Of a stretch of 64,000 bases of DNA, positions 10,245 through 19,447 are shown piece after piece. Position numbers and translations under genes: made by a program. Numbering within the stretch: position 1 is the first letter of the stretch; each line of letters opens with the position of its first letter. This stretch comes from Candidatus Undinarchaeota archaeon (GTDB lineage: Archaea; SpSt-1190; JASMDC01), in assembly GCA_964519305.1 (NCBI GenBank), contig CAZFHY010000004.1, positions 64,001 through 128,000 on the forward strand, written 5' to 3'. Below the pieces are notes generated by a model, which was not told the origin of the DNA, did no database searches, and worked only from the letters and a program-made list of their open reading frames with translations.

Positions 10245-10693
10245 ACAAGGACATCGTCCCGTGCGATGACCTCACCATCGCACAAGAGGAGCGCCTCGAT
10301 CACCTCACCCGCCCCAATGCTCTCGAACAGAAGGTCAGCGCTGACGACCGTCCTTCCTTCGGATTTATCAGGCGAGATGTCCGCCCAAATATTCTGCCCA
10401 TAGAGGGAGGGAGCGATATCCTTCGGGACCGACACGTGCCATGCGTCATCCTGGCCGTTGTGGTCGAACGCCAGCACAAGTATCGCACATCGCCTGTCGA
10501 CCGGGCTTCCTTCCCAAGAGAGTTCGAGCGTTGTGCGATAGATCCCCTCTCCCGCAGGACTGGGCCGGTCCAGGATACGGGCGTTCACCGATGCGGTAGA
10601 TGATGGGGTGAACCGGGTGGAACCCATGACCACAAGGGCAACTAGCCCGACCACCAGTATCACCAGTAATATGTGCTCACGCAGGTGGACCAT
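10241..10693 (-). CDS. membrane-anchored/exported hypothetical protein (last gene of the redox operon)
   Basis: N-terminal hydrophobic helix after ATG 10693, which lies 4 nt downstream of the NapH-like stop. Confidence 0.6.
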   Translation of the reverse strand: MVHLREHILLVILVVGLVALVVMGSTRFTPSSTASVNARILDRPSPAGEGIYRTTLELSWEGSPVDRRCAILVLAFDHNGQDDAWHVSVPKDIAPSLYGQNIWADISPDKSEGRTVVSADLLFESIGAGEVIEALLLCDGEVIARDDVLV

Positions 10694-10697
10694 GACA

Positions 10698-11486
10698 TCA
10701 CCCGTACTTGAAGCTGAAGGACAGGGCATCCTTGGGACACACATCGATGCACCGTCCGCAGCGGATACACTCTCCCGTGGGTACTGTCCGATGACCGCGA
10801 CGGATAGAGTCCTCAATGACGAGGATGTCCATGGGACACTCGCGCTGGCAGACCATGCACTCGATGCATGTATCCTCATCAACCAATACGCGGAACGCGC
10901 TCACCTTGTCCAAGATAGCGGCCAGCCCCCCGAGCGGACAGATCGATTTGCACCAGAACCGTCGATGATAGATTATCACGAAGAGCGCAGATATGAAGGT
11001 GATGGTCAGACCGGGGATCATGGCAAGGTCGAAGGTCTGAGGACCCGCGGTCCGGTACAGGGCACCGTACGGGCACACCTGGCAGAACACAGGATATCCA
11101 AAGACCATGGCCGCCCCTATGAAGACTGCCAAGAGCTCGTACTTGAAGGAATAGCCCTGTAGGATGCGTGGAGGACTGCGCTCCCTGACGGGGAGCTTGA
11201 GCGCGTTCGCGGCGCTCATGATGGTGCCGAACGGACAAACCCATCCACACCACACACGTCCGAAGACGATCACGAAGAGCGTGAATCCACCAACTAGTAA
11301 TGTGAGGCGGGAGAAGCCGCGGATAGTACCAGCATCAAAGGCCTCGTCGAAAAGACCTGAACCTATAGCGCCCGCTACCTGCTGTACACCGATGAACGGA
11401 CAGTACCGTGCGATCCCACCGAGAATTAATACGGCGATGAGGAGGAATATCGCCTGGATCGGCCGACGGTACGTTTGGACGGTCAT
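10698..11486 (-). CDS. NapH/MauN-like membrane polyferredoxin
   Basis: TM helices, GRVWCGWVCPFG, FCQVCPYG and RFWCKSICPLG; two CxxCxxCxxxCP motifs at the C-terminus. Confidence 0.9.
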   Translation of the reverse strand: MTVQTYRRPIQAIFLLIAVLILGGIARYCPFIGVQQVAGAIGSGLFDEAFDAGTIRGFSRLTLLVGGFTLFVIVFGRVWCGWVCPFGTIMSAANALKLPVRERSPPRILQGYSFKYELLAVFIGAAMVFGYPVFCQVCPYGALYRTAGPQTFDLAMIPGLTITFISALFVIIYHRRFWCKSICPLGGLAAILDKVSAFRVLVDEDTCIECMVCQRECPMDILVIEDSIRRGHRTVPTGECIRCGRCIDVCPKDALSFSFKYG

Positions 11487-12112
11487 GAGCGCACCACCTT
11501 ACGATCACTGGGCTTCAGAACGAGCACATCTGTCGGACAAACGTTCACGCAATGGCCACATCCCCTGCAGAAGTCCTCAAGGCGGGCGGTCTCACGTTCC
11601 AACGCGCCTTCCGAGATGGGCTCAAGGAGCTTGCGGTAGCGCATTACCTGCTCACCTTTCCCGGTAAGGTCGTTCTCAACGACCGTGTAGGGACAGGCCT
11701 CGTCGCATCGGTCACATTTGATACACCGCTCGGGATGGGCGAGAAACGCGGTGCCCAGCTTCGGTTGTCTACCGCTCTGCTGAAGTCCGGTCACGGTCCC
11801 GAGGTCGAGCACCTGGGTCGGACAGACCTCATTGCACTCATAACAGAACGTGCACGGACCCGGTTGGCCCGTAACGCGCGGTAGTCCGACCTCTTCTATC
11901 GGACCGGCAGACACGAGCTCAATAGCCTTGGTCGGACAGACCTGGGCGCACTGGCCACACCTGAGACAGAGGAGAGTTAACTGGCGAGGCTCCACGGCGC
12001 CGGGCGGACGTACATCTGTACCATTGCCCGTGGGTGGCGCCAGGGAGAGCGCCGCCGCCAGCGCAGCCCCGTACCCGAGAGCGGACCGCAGGAAGTCGCG
12101 TCGGTCGGCCAT
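11483..12112 (-). CDS. NapG/MauM-like Tat-exported polyferredoxin
   Basis: Twin-arginine signal DRRDFL, VRPPGA and four 4Fe-4S motifs. Confidence 0.9.
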   Translation of the reverse strand: MADRRDFLRSALGYGAALAAALSLAPPTGNGTDVRPPGAVEPRQLTLLCLRCGQCAQVCPTKAIELVSAGPIEEVGLPRVTGQPGPCTFCYECNEVCPTQVLDLGTVTGLQQSGRQPKLGTAFLAHPERCIKCDRCDEACPYTVVENDLTGKGEQVMRYRKLLEPISEGALERETARLEDFCRGCGHCVNVCPTDVLVLKPSDRKVVRS

Positions 12113-12113
12113 T

Positions 12114-12554
12114 TCACACAAACCTCCCATCGTTCTTCAGATCATCGATGGCGCTCATGATGGGGAGCCCGAGAGGGCATGCCTGCTCACAGAGCCCGCA
12201 CCTTACGCATAGACGGGCCGCCTCCCGCACAGGCATGGCATGCTTTCCGTCCACTTGACCTGGTAGGTCAGGATTGTTCGTGCGCGCTGCGACAACGAAC
12301 CGCGAGGGATCGAGCCCCCGAGGGCAGACTGGCCGGCAGGCCTGGCACTCGTAGCAGGTGAGCGCCCACATATGACGTGTGCGCAATGCCTTCACCGCAT
12401 TGCTGCCAAGGAGGACCGCGAGAGCAAGAGAGGCCATGACGTTCCGCCTGACCTCATCAACGGGCATGGTAACGGTCCGTCGGGCTCGACGTCCAACGAA
12501 ACCTGCCACTCCCGCGCTCGCCGCCAGCAGCACCGCGATAATGACAGGTTCCAT
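12114..12554 (-). CDS. membrane-anchored 2x[4Fe-4S] (HdrC-like) protein
   Basis: N-terminal TM segment; CYECQACRPVCP and CVRCGLCEQACP. Confidence 0.8.
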   Translation of the reverse strand: MEPVIIAVLLAASAGVAGFVGRRARRTVTMPVDEVRRNVMASLALAVLLGSNAVKALRTRHMWALTCYECQACRPVCPRGLDPSRFVVAARTNNPDLPGQVDGKHAMPVREAARLCVRCGLCEQACPLGLPIMSAIDDLKNDGRFV

Positions 12555-12565
12555 TTTTGAAGCAC

Positions 12566-12709
12566 CTAGAACAGGAACATCAGCAGCCCGGTCACAAGGC
12601 CGCCCATGATACCTCCGGGCTTGTAGAACGTATAGCCCAGGGCATAGTTGAACATTGCACCACAGAGGGCGCCGATCCCGACCATCGTCAGCAAGAGTCT
12701 CGTGTTCAT
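12566..12709 (-). CDS. 47-aa two-helix membrane microprotein (not in the ORF track)
   Basis: MNTRLLLTMVGIGALCGAMFNYALGYTFYKPGGIMGGLVTGLLMFLF*. It fills the operon gap with 7-nt and 11-nt spacers. Confidence 0.7.
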   Translation of the reverse strand: MNTRLLLTMVGIGALCGAMFNYALGYTFYKPGGIMGGLVTGLLMFLF

Positions 12710-12716
12710 AGCAAAA

Positions 12717-13457
12717 TCACCCCGAAAGGGTTCCGTTGGATATCAGTAGCATTATGAGGGCGGTCACAGCCGTCATCAACAGGATGCCCGCCTGCTGGGC
12801 CCTGGTGCTGGCACCTGGTTCGAGCCCAAGCTCACCCTCGCCCACGGCAGCGATCCCGCCGAGGCGTGAGGGGGCACAGGACGCGGCGGCGTTGACGATG
12901 AAAGCGGCCACGAGCACGTGGGTCGCGAACGGAGCATGATCTGCAGCCCCTGTGGCAGCGATACCGGGCGTGAGGACTTCGTTCCCGAACCTCACGACGC
13001 CCGGCAGGAAGGCCGCCGCAGTGATGCGGCCACAGGGCAATGGAATGAGCGCAGGTATGTTCGCTAACAGAACGGCCGTCCCGACCAGTCCCAGAGGTGT
13101 TGTCATCGCAAGCCTCTCGAGGACCTCGACCATCGCATCATATCCTCCTGCGAATCCCAGTGCACCCGCGGCCATGAAGCCACCGGTCATGGCCATGATG
13201 GGATGGAGCATTATCCCTGCCAAGAGGTCAGCAAGCGTCGCCTCCGATACCACCAGCATGAACAATGCTAGTGCCACCAGAACGGTCTGAATAGGGATCG
13301 GAGGAGGTGCCACCTGGGCGTACGCGAGCGTCGTTGCGAACACCAACAGGCAGATGTACCCTGTCCTGAGGTGCTTATCGTCGATGCGGGAACGGATGAT
13401 CACCAGGGCCACAGCAATCCAGACAACCGCTCCGATTAAAGGAATAGAGAGATCCAT
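12717..13457 (-). CDS. polytopic membrane protein, paralog of 13462-14148
   Basis: Hydrophobic; shares LHP, LPCGRI, NAAASCAPS and GEG motifs with its neighbour. Confidence 0.8.
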   Translation of the reverse strand: MDLSIPLIGAVVWIAVALVIIRSRIDDKHLRTGYICLLVFATTLAYAQVAPPPIPIQTVLVALALFMLVVSEATLADLLAGIMLHPIMAMTGGFMAAGALGFAGGYDAMVEVLERLAMTTPLGLVGTAVLLANIPALIPLPCGRITAAAFLPGVVRFGNEVLTPGIAATGAADHAPFATHVLVAAFIVNAAASCAPSRLGGIAAVGEGELGLEPGASTRAQQAGILLMTAVTALIMLLISNGTLSG

Positions 13458-13461
13458 TACC

Positions 13462-14148
13462 TTATCGCCCTCCTGCCTTCAGGGGCGCAAGCCGCCCGAG
13501 GACCACTGCAGTAAAAGCGGTCCCCGCCATTATTCCCGCGCGTAGAGGGTCCGAGAAAGCACCGACAGGCTGACCGGTCATGCCCTCACCAATCATTCCT
13601 AGGCCCCCTAAGATTGAAGGTGCACATGATGCGGCGGCATTGACCGTGAAAGCGAACACAACGACCGCTACTAAGCGATCGTCACCCTGACGTTCTGCGA
13701 CTGCCCGACCGAGGAAGAGTGCGGCCGGGAGCAGCGCGGCACCAAGTATTCGGCCACAGGGGAGGGCGATTATGGCGGGCGAATTGACGAGCAGGACCAC
13801 CACTCCTGGAAGGCCGAATACTTCCATCCCACCGATCTTGAACGAGGCGAGCCGGTCAAGGGCATCCACCAGTGCCTCGAAGGCACCGGAAACTTCCAGG
13901 CCACCAACTACCAGGAATCCGGCTATCAGAGCTGTGATGGGATGGAGCTGGATGGAAGCTAATAGGTCCGCAGGAGTGATGGTGCGCGCCAGTCCCTGAC
14001 GAGCACCTACTACGGAGATGAGCACAATAAGGAGCGTCACACCGAGCAACGCCGTATGAATGGGTATATGGTTCTGAGGGATGATCCCCTTCAATGAGAG
14101 AACGATGGTCGCGAGGAACAGAGCGAGCGCAAGGTATCCGACGATCAT
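13462..14148 (-). CDS. polytopic membrane protein, paralog of 12717-13457
   Basis: Hydrophobic; LHPITAL, LPCGRI and NAAASCAPSILGG..IGEG. Confidence 0.8.
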   Translation of the reverse strand: MIVGYLALALFLATIVLSLKGIIPQNHIPIHTALLGVTLLIVLISVVGARQGLARTITPADLLASIQLHPITALIAGFLVVGGLEVSGAFEALVDALDRLASFKIGGMEVFGLPGVVVLLVNSPAIIALPCGRILGAALLPAALFLGRAVAERQGDDRLVAVVVFAFTVNAAASCAPSILGGLGMIGEGMTGQPVGAFSDPLRAGIMAGTAFTAVVLGRLAPLKAGGR

Positions 14149-14978
14149 ATCATCCCCTCCTCGGCCGCTTTCCGGGCAGCACGGCGCTCCTTGGCCTCGT
14201 TGACCACACGTTCGAGGTTCTTTGTGAAGTCGTCCATACCGAATGCCACCAAGAAGGCCAATGATACGACCTTCATGTTCGCAGCTGCTTTGCGCAGGGC
14301 AGGATCGGTATCTTCGTCAGCCACCACTTCCGCGAGAGCTTCGCTCAGGGAAATCTCGCATCGGGGGCAGGCGGTCACGATTAGGTCGGCCTTGGTCGCC
14401 AGGGCATTACGTATCTTGCTGGAGCGTAAGGATGTGGCCACTTCAGGATCACTCGCCCGGAGGCCTCCAGAGCCGCCGCAACAGGACTCGGCCTCCTCCA
14501 TTTCGATAACCTCAAGGCCACGAATAGCGTCAAGGACATCCCTCATGACCGCATTGTCCACACCCATCCCCCGGTTGAGATGGCAAGGATAATGAACGGT
14601 AACTCGAGCGTTCACCTCTCCGAGCCCGCTCTTGCGGAGGAACTCCATTTTCTCAGGAAGTAGTTCGATGAAATGGGTGACCTCGATACCTCTTCGTGCT
14701 ACGTCCGCAGAATCCATGAGCGCGGTCCCGCAACCAGGGCATGACACCAGTACTTCGTCCACAGGACCTTGCAATCGACCCCAGCCACTGACGGAGATGT
14801 TGATGAGCTTGTCCTTTGCTGCCATATCGCCGATGAACGATGACGGTCTCCCACAACAGATGTCCCTGGGGGGTTCGGTCACTTCAATCCCGAGCTTCTT
14901 CAGAAGGTATCGTACCGCATATCTTGTGTCAAGTAGCTGGAGCCCGTAGAAACAACCGTCGAAGACCAGGCGTTGCAT
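14145..14978 (-). CDS. heterodisulfide reductase subunit B-like CCG-domain Fe-S protein
   Basis: Two CCG domains: GC..ICCG..SCPGC and YPCH..SCCG..TACPRC. Confidence 0.85.
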   Translation of the reverse strand: MQRLVFDGCFYGLQLLDTRYAVRYLLKKLGIEVTEPPRDICCGRPSSFIGDMAAKDKLINISVSGWGRLQGPVDEVLVSCPGCGTALMDSADVARRGIEVTHFIELLPEKMEFLRKSGLGEVNARVTVHYPCHLNRGMGVDNAVMRDVLDAIRGLEVIEMEEAESCCGGSGGLRASDPEVATSLRSSKIRNALATKADLIVTACPRCEISLSEALAEVVADEDTDPALRKAAANMKVVSLAFLVAFGMDDFTKNLERVVNEAKERRAARKAAEEGMI

Positions 14979-15763
14979 TACGATCCCTCCAAAGACCTTG
15001 TCGAACGCTTCCGTCCTCCAGTGCCCTTCTTCGCAGACCTTTTCGAGGCTTTCTTCTTCACTGATTTCTTTGAACGATCGCTCTTCGAGTTCTTTTTCGG
15101 CTCCACTGTCTCTTTCTCGGCAACCGTACGTTCAGGCTCTGTATCAGCGGTCCCGTCGTTAGTATCGTCAGGCCTGTCCTTGTCGAGCGTCGTTTCCGGA
15201 CCGTCCGCTGACGAGACCTCTTGTTCTTTTTCTTCAAGGTGTCGCTCAAGCTGTCGTGCGCTCCTTAGGATGGACCGGGCCTGCGATGCAGGATCGGGTC
15301 GGCTCTTGATCTCGCCGAGGACGTTCCTTGCTTTTTCTAGCCTTTCGAGTAGTTTTACCTGACCATCGGTCGCCCCATCCTTACCGAACCGGATACCTCT
15401 ACCTGCGAGCACCATTGCTTCAGCGTCCAGTCCTCGAGGGCATCGTTCCACGCAGTTACGACATGTAGAACAAATATGGAGCCCTCCAGCCATTATCCGC
15501 GCGTCATGTCCAGCACGGAGCGAGCGCATGACCTCGGCAGGCCCTATGAATGTGGCCCTGCCCTCCCCTTCCTTGTTATCGATCTCTTTTGCGATAGCCA
15601 CTACAGGACATACTGCAGTACATTGACGACAGTCGGTGCATAACAGGGTCCTTGAGACCTCGCGGAAGATGGCCGAGAGGATAAGGAGGGTCGGTACTGT
15701 CATCAGGAGGAGTGCGACACCCCCGTGCAGTGCCGTGGGCCCTCCCGGGAGAAAGGAGACCAT
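14978..15763 (-). CDS. HdrC-like 2x[4Fe-4S] protein with N-terminal TM helix and charged low-complexity tail
   Basis: CTDCRQCTAVCP and CSTCRNCVERCPRG; N-terminal hydrophobic helix; K-rich C-terminus. Confidence 0.82.
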   Translation of the reverse strand: MVSFLPGGPTALHGGVALLLMTVPTLLILSAIFREVSRTLLCTDCRQCTAVCPVVAIAKEIDNKEGEGRATFIGPAEVMRSLRAGHDARIMAGGLHICSTCRNCVERCPRGLDAEAMVLAGRGIRFGKDGATDGQVKLLERLEKARNVLGEIKSRPDPASQARSILRSARQLERHLEEKEQEVSSADGPETTLDKDRPDDTNDGTADTEPERTVAEKETVEPKKNSKSDRSKKSVKKKASKRSAKKGTGGRKRSTRSLEGS

Positions 15764-15853
15764 CGGGATGCGGGCGGTGCCACATGCTTAAATGTATTCA
15801 CCCGGAGAGTTTAACCGAAATATTTAAATAGCAAGATTGTATTATTACTACTA

Positions 15854-17122
15854 TTGAGTAGTGATGTTGGTGAGCTGCGTGAGCTCCTTGGCTCCGTCAT
15901 CGCTTCATACTTCGAGGACACACCAGCGGCGGCACTACCGGACAACGCTCCGGATTATCTCAATGATGTGGCATCTTCTTCGTCGGCAAAGGAGGCCGTT
16001 AACACTCTCGCGAAGCACATGGAGGAGGTCTATAATGACCTGGGTTCATTCTCTGTCCGCTCAAGGGACACCCTTCTCGACGTCGGTGGAAGTTCGCTCG
16101 GCGTGTACCACATCAACGAACACGAACGCGACGATGCCCGCGGTATCGATGTCTACGAAGTGGCGACCCTGGCTGAGAGCGATGGACGACAGGGCACGAC
16201 CGGTCTCACAGAACGCCACCCTGACGGCACGACCGTTCTCATCAAAGATGATTCTCTGATCGATCAAGGCATGACCAACTACAAGGAACGGGACATAATC
16301 GAATCGACCCACCTGCCGGAAAAATTCGTCCAGAAGGTTAATAATGCGATTACTGGCCTCCACCGGGATGACGTGAGCCGGGACGAGTACAAGGCCGCGA
16401 CCCGGTACCACGAGCTCGGTCATGCTGACCTCGTGGCGGGTCTTGATGCCACTACGGCGAACGAGTTCCTGCGCAGCTACGAGGATATCGGACTGAGCGA
16501 AGCTTACGCTACGGTAAAAGGTCTTGAGCTCGCGGAACGTGACGGTGCTGGTCAAAACGTTCGCTCGCTCCTCGTCCGGGACCTGCTGCAGTGGACGACC
16601 ACTGTGAAGGAAGGCTTTACCTGCCCCTATGCAAAGGCCGCGTTCCACGTGCTCAACCGCTTCGATAAAGCGTACGGGATCGACAAGATACCCGACCACT
16701 TAGATGATATCGCCCGCGATGCAGGAACGCTCGCAAAAGAGCTGGGCGGGATAGCACGACAGCGCATGGACGGCTCCCTCTCATGGAAGGAGCTTGAACG
16801 GACGTACGAGAAGGACGAGAACGAGCTCACGGGACAGAACCGTTATGTTCTTGATGACGGTCTGGCCGAGCGGGACCCGAAGGCCATGCTGACATACATC
16901 GCGGAGAACGCCCCCGAGCGACTGCCCAATCCCCTCTACCAGCCCATAACACCCCAATCCCTTCAACAGGCGCTCCACACATTCCAGCACAACGTGACGT
17001 TCAACGTGTTCTACATGGAGGGCGAGGAGGTTCAGAAGGCCACGGCGGTCGACGCCGGGACCTTCGACGCCTACTTCATGCGCGACGCGGAGGGGCAGCT
17101 CTACTACATGCCCATGGGATAG
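15854..17122 (+). CDS. hypothetical protein with HExxH zincin-like motif
   Basis: Long acidic ORF with RYHELGHA followed by SEAYA; TTTAAATA box 31 nt upstream. Confidence 0.6.
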   Translation: MSSDVGELRELLGSVIASYFEDTPAAALPDNAPDYLNDVASSSSAKEAVNTLAKHMEEVYNDLGSFSVRSRDTLLDVGGSSLGVYHINEHERDDARGIDVYEVATLAESDGRQGTTGLTERHPDGTTVLIKDDSLIDQGMTNYKERDIIESTHLPEKFVQKVNNAITGLHRDDVSRDEYKAATRYHELGHADLVAGLDATTANEFLRSYEDIGLSEAYATVKGLELAERDGAGQNVRSLLVRDLLQWTTTVKEGFTCPYAKAAFHVLNRFDKAYGIDKIPDHLDDIARDAGTLAKELGGIARQRMDGSLSWKELERTYEKDENELTGQNRYVLDDGLAERDPKAMLTYIAENAPERLPNPLYQPITPQSLQQALHTFQHNVTFNVFYMEGEEVQKATAVDAGTFDAYFMRDAEGQLYYMPMG

Positions 17123-17170
17123 GTTCGAACGCCCATCGATATTTAAACACCCGCGCGCATCGGGCCGGAT

Positions 17171-17590
17171 ATGACCGTTCATGCCGAGGACTTCTCTATC
17201 GAGACCAAGGGGGCTGTCCACATAATCGATATCAGCGGCAAGGTCGCCGACATCGTACGCTCGTCCGGACTGGACGATGGTATAGTATGTGTGTTCGTTC
17301 CCGGATCCACCGGTGCTCTCACGACCATCGAGTACGAACCCGGTCTCCTCAAGGATATCCCACGGGCGCTCGAGGTAATAGCCCCACGAAAAGCGGATTA
17401 CGCACACCATATGACCTGGGGGGACGACAACGGCTCTTCCCACGTCAGGGCCGCCTTCCTTGGACCAAGCCTCACCATCCCATTCCGCAAGGGTGAGCTC
17501 GTTCTTGGTACATGGCAACAAGCTGTGTTCGTCGAACTTGATACCCGCTCCAGACGTCGAAGTCTCGTGTGTCAGGTCATCGGCGAATAG
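17171..17590 (+). CDS. yjbQ: YjbQ/UPF0047 family protein
   Basis: GSTGALTTIE, HH....DNGSSHVRA and LGTWQ...ELD. Confidence 0.92.
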   Translation: MTVHAEDFSIETKGAVHIIDISGKVADIVRSSGLDDGIVCVFVPGSTGALTTIEYEPGLLKDIPRALEVIAPRKADYAHHMTWGDDNGSSHVRAAFLGPSLTIPFRKGELVLGTWQQAVFVELDTRSRRRSLVCQVIGE

Positions 17591-17599
17591 ACCTGGACC

Positions 17600-19396
17600 C
17601 TATGCACAGCGTCTGAGCGCGAGCACACCATCCAGATGGCCAGCATGCACGCCTAATATGTAGAGCGCTGTAATAACGAGGATAATCCACGGTTCGCTCC
17701 CGTATCGCTCCCACCATTGTTCCCTGACCTCAACGAGACCTTCAGCGGCCAGTAGGAGGAGGACCGGGTAGATGAACAATAGATGCCTGTGGGAGGTGCA
17801 GTAGGCGATGGGGACCCTGTGTACCGCCAGGAATATGGATATGACAAGCGGGAAGGCGACGAGCGATATCGCAGTGCCTGGGCTCCGTCGGCGAAGGGAT
17901 AGCACACCGACCATGGCAAGGAGAGTGAGGAGAGAGGCGTGGTGGTCTCCACCGAACAAGTAGTACACCATCCAGGCCGTGTTGGTGGCTACATAGTCGG
18001 GGGTAAGGACCATGCCACCAAGGATGGGGGTCTCTCCCAGCCACAGCATGGCGTCGAGTATCAGAAGGAGGGCGGGGATGACACTGGCCAGGAAGAGGAA
18101 TGCAAGTGGCCCGCGCTGCTCTTGCGGTCGCAGGTCGCAGGAAAGAAGTAGGAACACCAGCCAGAGCGGTATAAGAACGAGCATAGCCCTGATAGTGAAC
18201 AACGTCATACCTAGTGCGGCAGCGGCAGCGTAAAGGTGGGTTCGGGAACGCAAGCGGCCCCCTCGCACAGCGAAAAGGAGCGATATGGTCAGGAACACCA
18301 TGGCAAGGCCGTCGCGACGCACGGCCATACCATAGAGCAGGTCGAGCGGGAGCGTGGCAAGGAAAAAAGAGGCCACGAGCCCGGCCCGAGGGCTAAGAAG
18401 AGCTGCCCCGAGCATACCAAGGACCAGGATGTGAAGCAACGAAACGGCAAGAGACACGGCCATACCGATCCCTTCAGCACCCCACGCAGCTAGTTCCGTT
18501 CCAACGGTAGCGTAAGCCAATGCGAGCACGTAGGAATGGCCCGAGCCCACTGCCCAAGTGATCGGTTCACCCGCGGCCAGAAGCTCGGCCCACCGGACGT
18601 TCCGAGCGTTGTTCAGCAGGAGAGCGTCATGGTACCGTGCACCGTATACCAGGCGCAGCCCAAGAGCAAGTACGAGGACAATGATCATGAGGACCCACCA
18701 GTCCGGTCCGAGGCCCCGGAACCAAGCAGAGTCACGCCGGACCGCAAGAACTGAGAGGAAGATGAGAAGCGTCAGGAGCACAGGGATAGCTGTAGCTTCG
18801 ATCCGTCGAAGGACCGAGGGTCGGGCCCGTTCATGAAAGTCAGTAGAGAAGTTATCCTGTGCAAGGTACGTCCGTCCCGATAGGCGGTAGGGTTCAAGGT
18901 CCAATGTCGAACCGGGCTCAAGAAAAGATGGTAGCCGGTAGGTGGCGTTGACGCCGGCGAGCCCCGTTCGTGGATCGGGGACCAGCCCTATCTCCACAAT
19001 AGATGTCGGACCCAGGTCGACTATGGGATCAATCTCTTGGATTAGCTCGAAGGCGCGTCCACGGGTGAACACCATATCTGATACATCTGATACAATACGG
19101 CCATCTGCTGGTCGCCAATGAAAGTTACGCCAGAACAGTAGCTGTCGGGTGACATTGAGGTATAGAGGTCGCACAGCCTGGTCGATGACCGGGAGAGTAT
19201 CCTCGCCGTAATAGGTCACCGTGGTCCGGAGCACGGTCGGCCGCCCGTGCTCGTCCAGGTCCATGACCCCCGAGATGGTGAAAGGGGATCCCTGGGATGT
19301 TGGCATGCGTCCTTCCAACGAGAGGAGTGAGAGTGCGTCGAACAGGAACACGCACGCCACGAGGAGGGCCATGAGGTGCCGGTCGTACCGGACCAT
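17600..19396 (-). CDS. GT-C fold (ArnT/PMT-2-like) membrane glycosyltransferase with N-terminal extracellular domain
   Basis: About 12 TM segments, AGLVASFFLATLP, RRDGLA and HRHLLFIYP; paralog of the next gene. Confidence 0.7.
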   Translation of the reverse strand: MVRYDRHLMALLVACVFLFDALSLLSLEGRMPTSQGSPFTISGVMDLDEHGRPTVLRTTVTYYGEDTLPVIDQAVRPLYLNVTRQLLFWRNFHWRPADGRIVSDVSDMVFTRGRAFELIQEIDPIVDLGPTSIVEIGLVPDPRTGLAGVNATYRLPSFLEPGSTLDLEPYRLSGRTYLAQDNFSTDFHERARPSVLRRIEATAIPVLLTLLIFLSVLAVRRDSAWFRGLGPDWWVLMIIVLVLALGLRLVYGARYHDALLLNNARNVRWAELLAAGEPITWAVGSGHSYVLALAYATVGTELAAWGAEGIGMAVSLAVSLLHILVLGMLGAALLSPRAGLVASFFLATLPLDLLYGMAVRRDGLAMVFLTISLLFAVRGGRLRSRTHLYAAAAALGMTLFTIRAMLVLIPLWLVFLLLSCDLRPQEQRGPLAFLFLASVIPALLLILDAMLWLGETPILGGMVLTPDYVATNTAWMVYYLFGGDHHASLLTLLAMVGVLSLRRRSPGTAISLVAFPLVISIFLAVHRVPIAYCTSHRHLLFIYPVLLLLAAEGLVEVREQWWERYGSEPWIILVITALYILGVHAGHLDGVLALRRCA

Positions 19397-19447
19397 TCAT
19401 CCCACAGGACCTTTTTTCTTTATAAAGGGACGCCCAGAAGTATGCTG

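Noticed and set aside
14145-15763. Calling these genes canonical hdrB/hdrC and inferring methanogenesis
   Set aside because: The HdrC-like protein has a TM anchor, there is no hdrA, mvh or mcr in the window, and CCG proteins are widespread outside methanogens.
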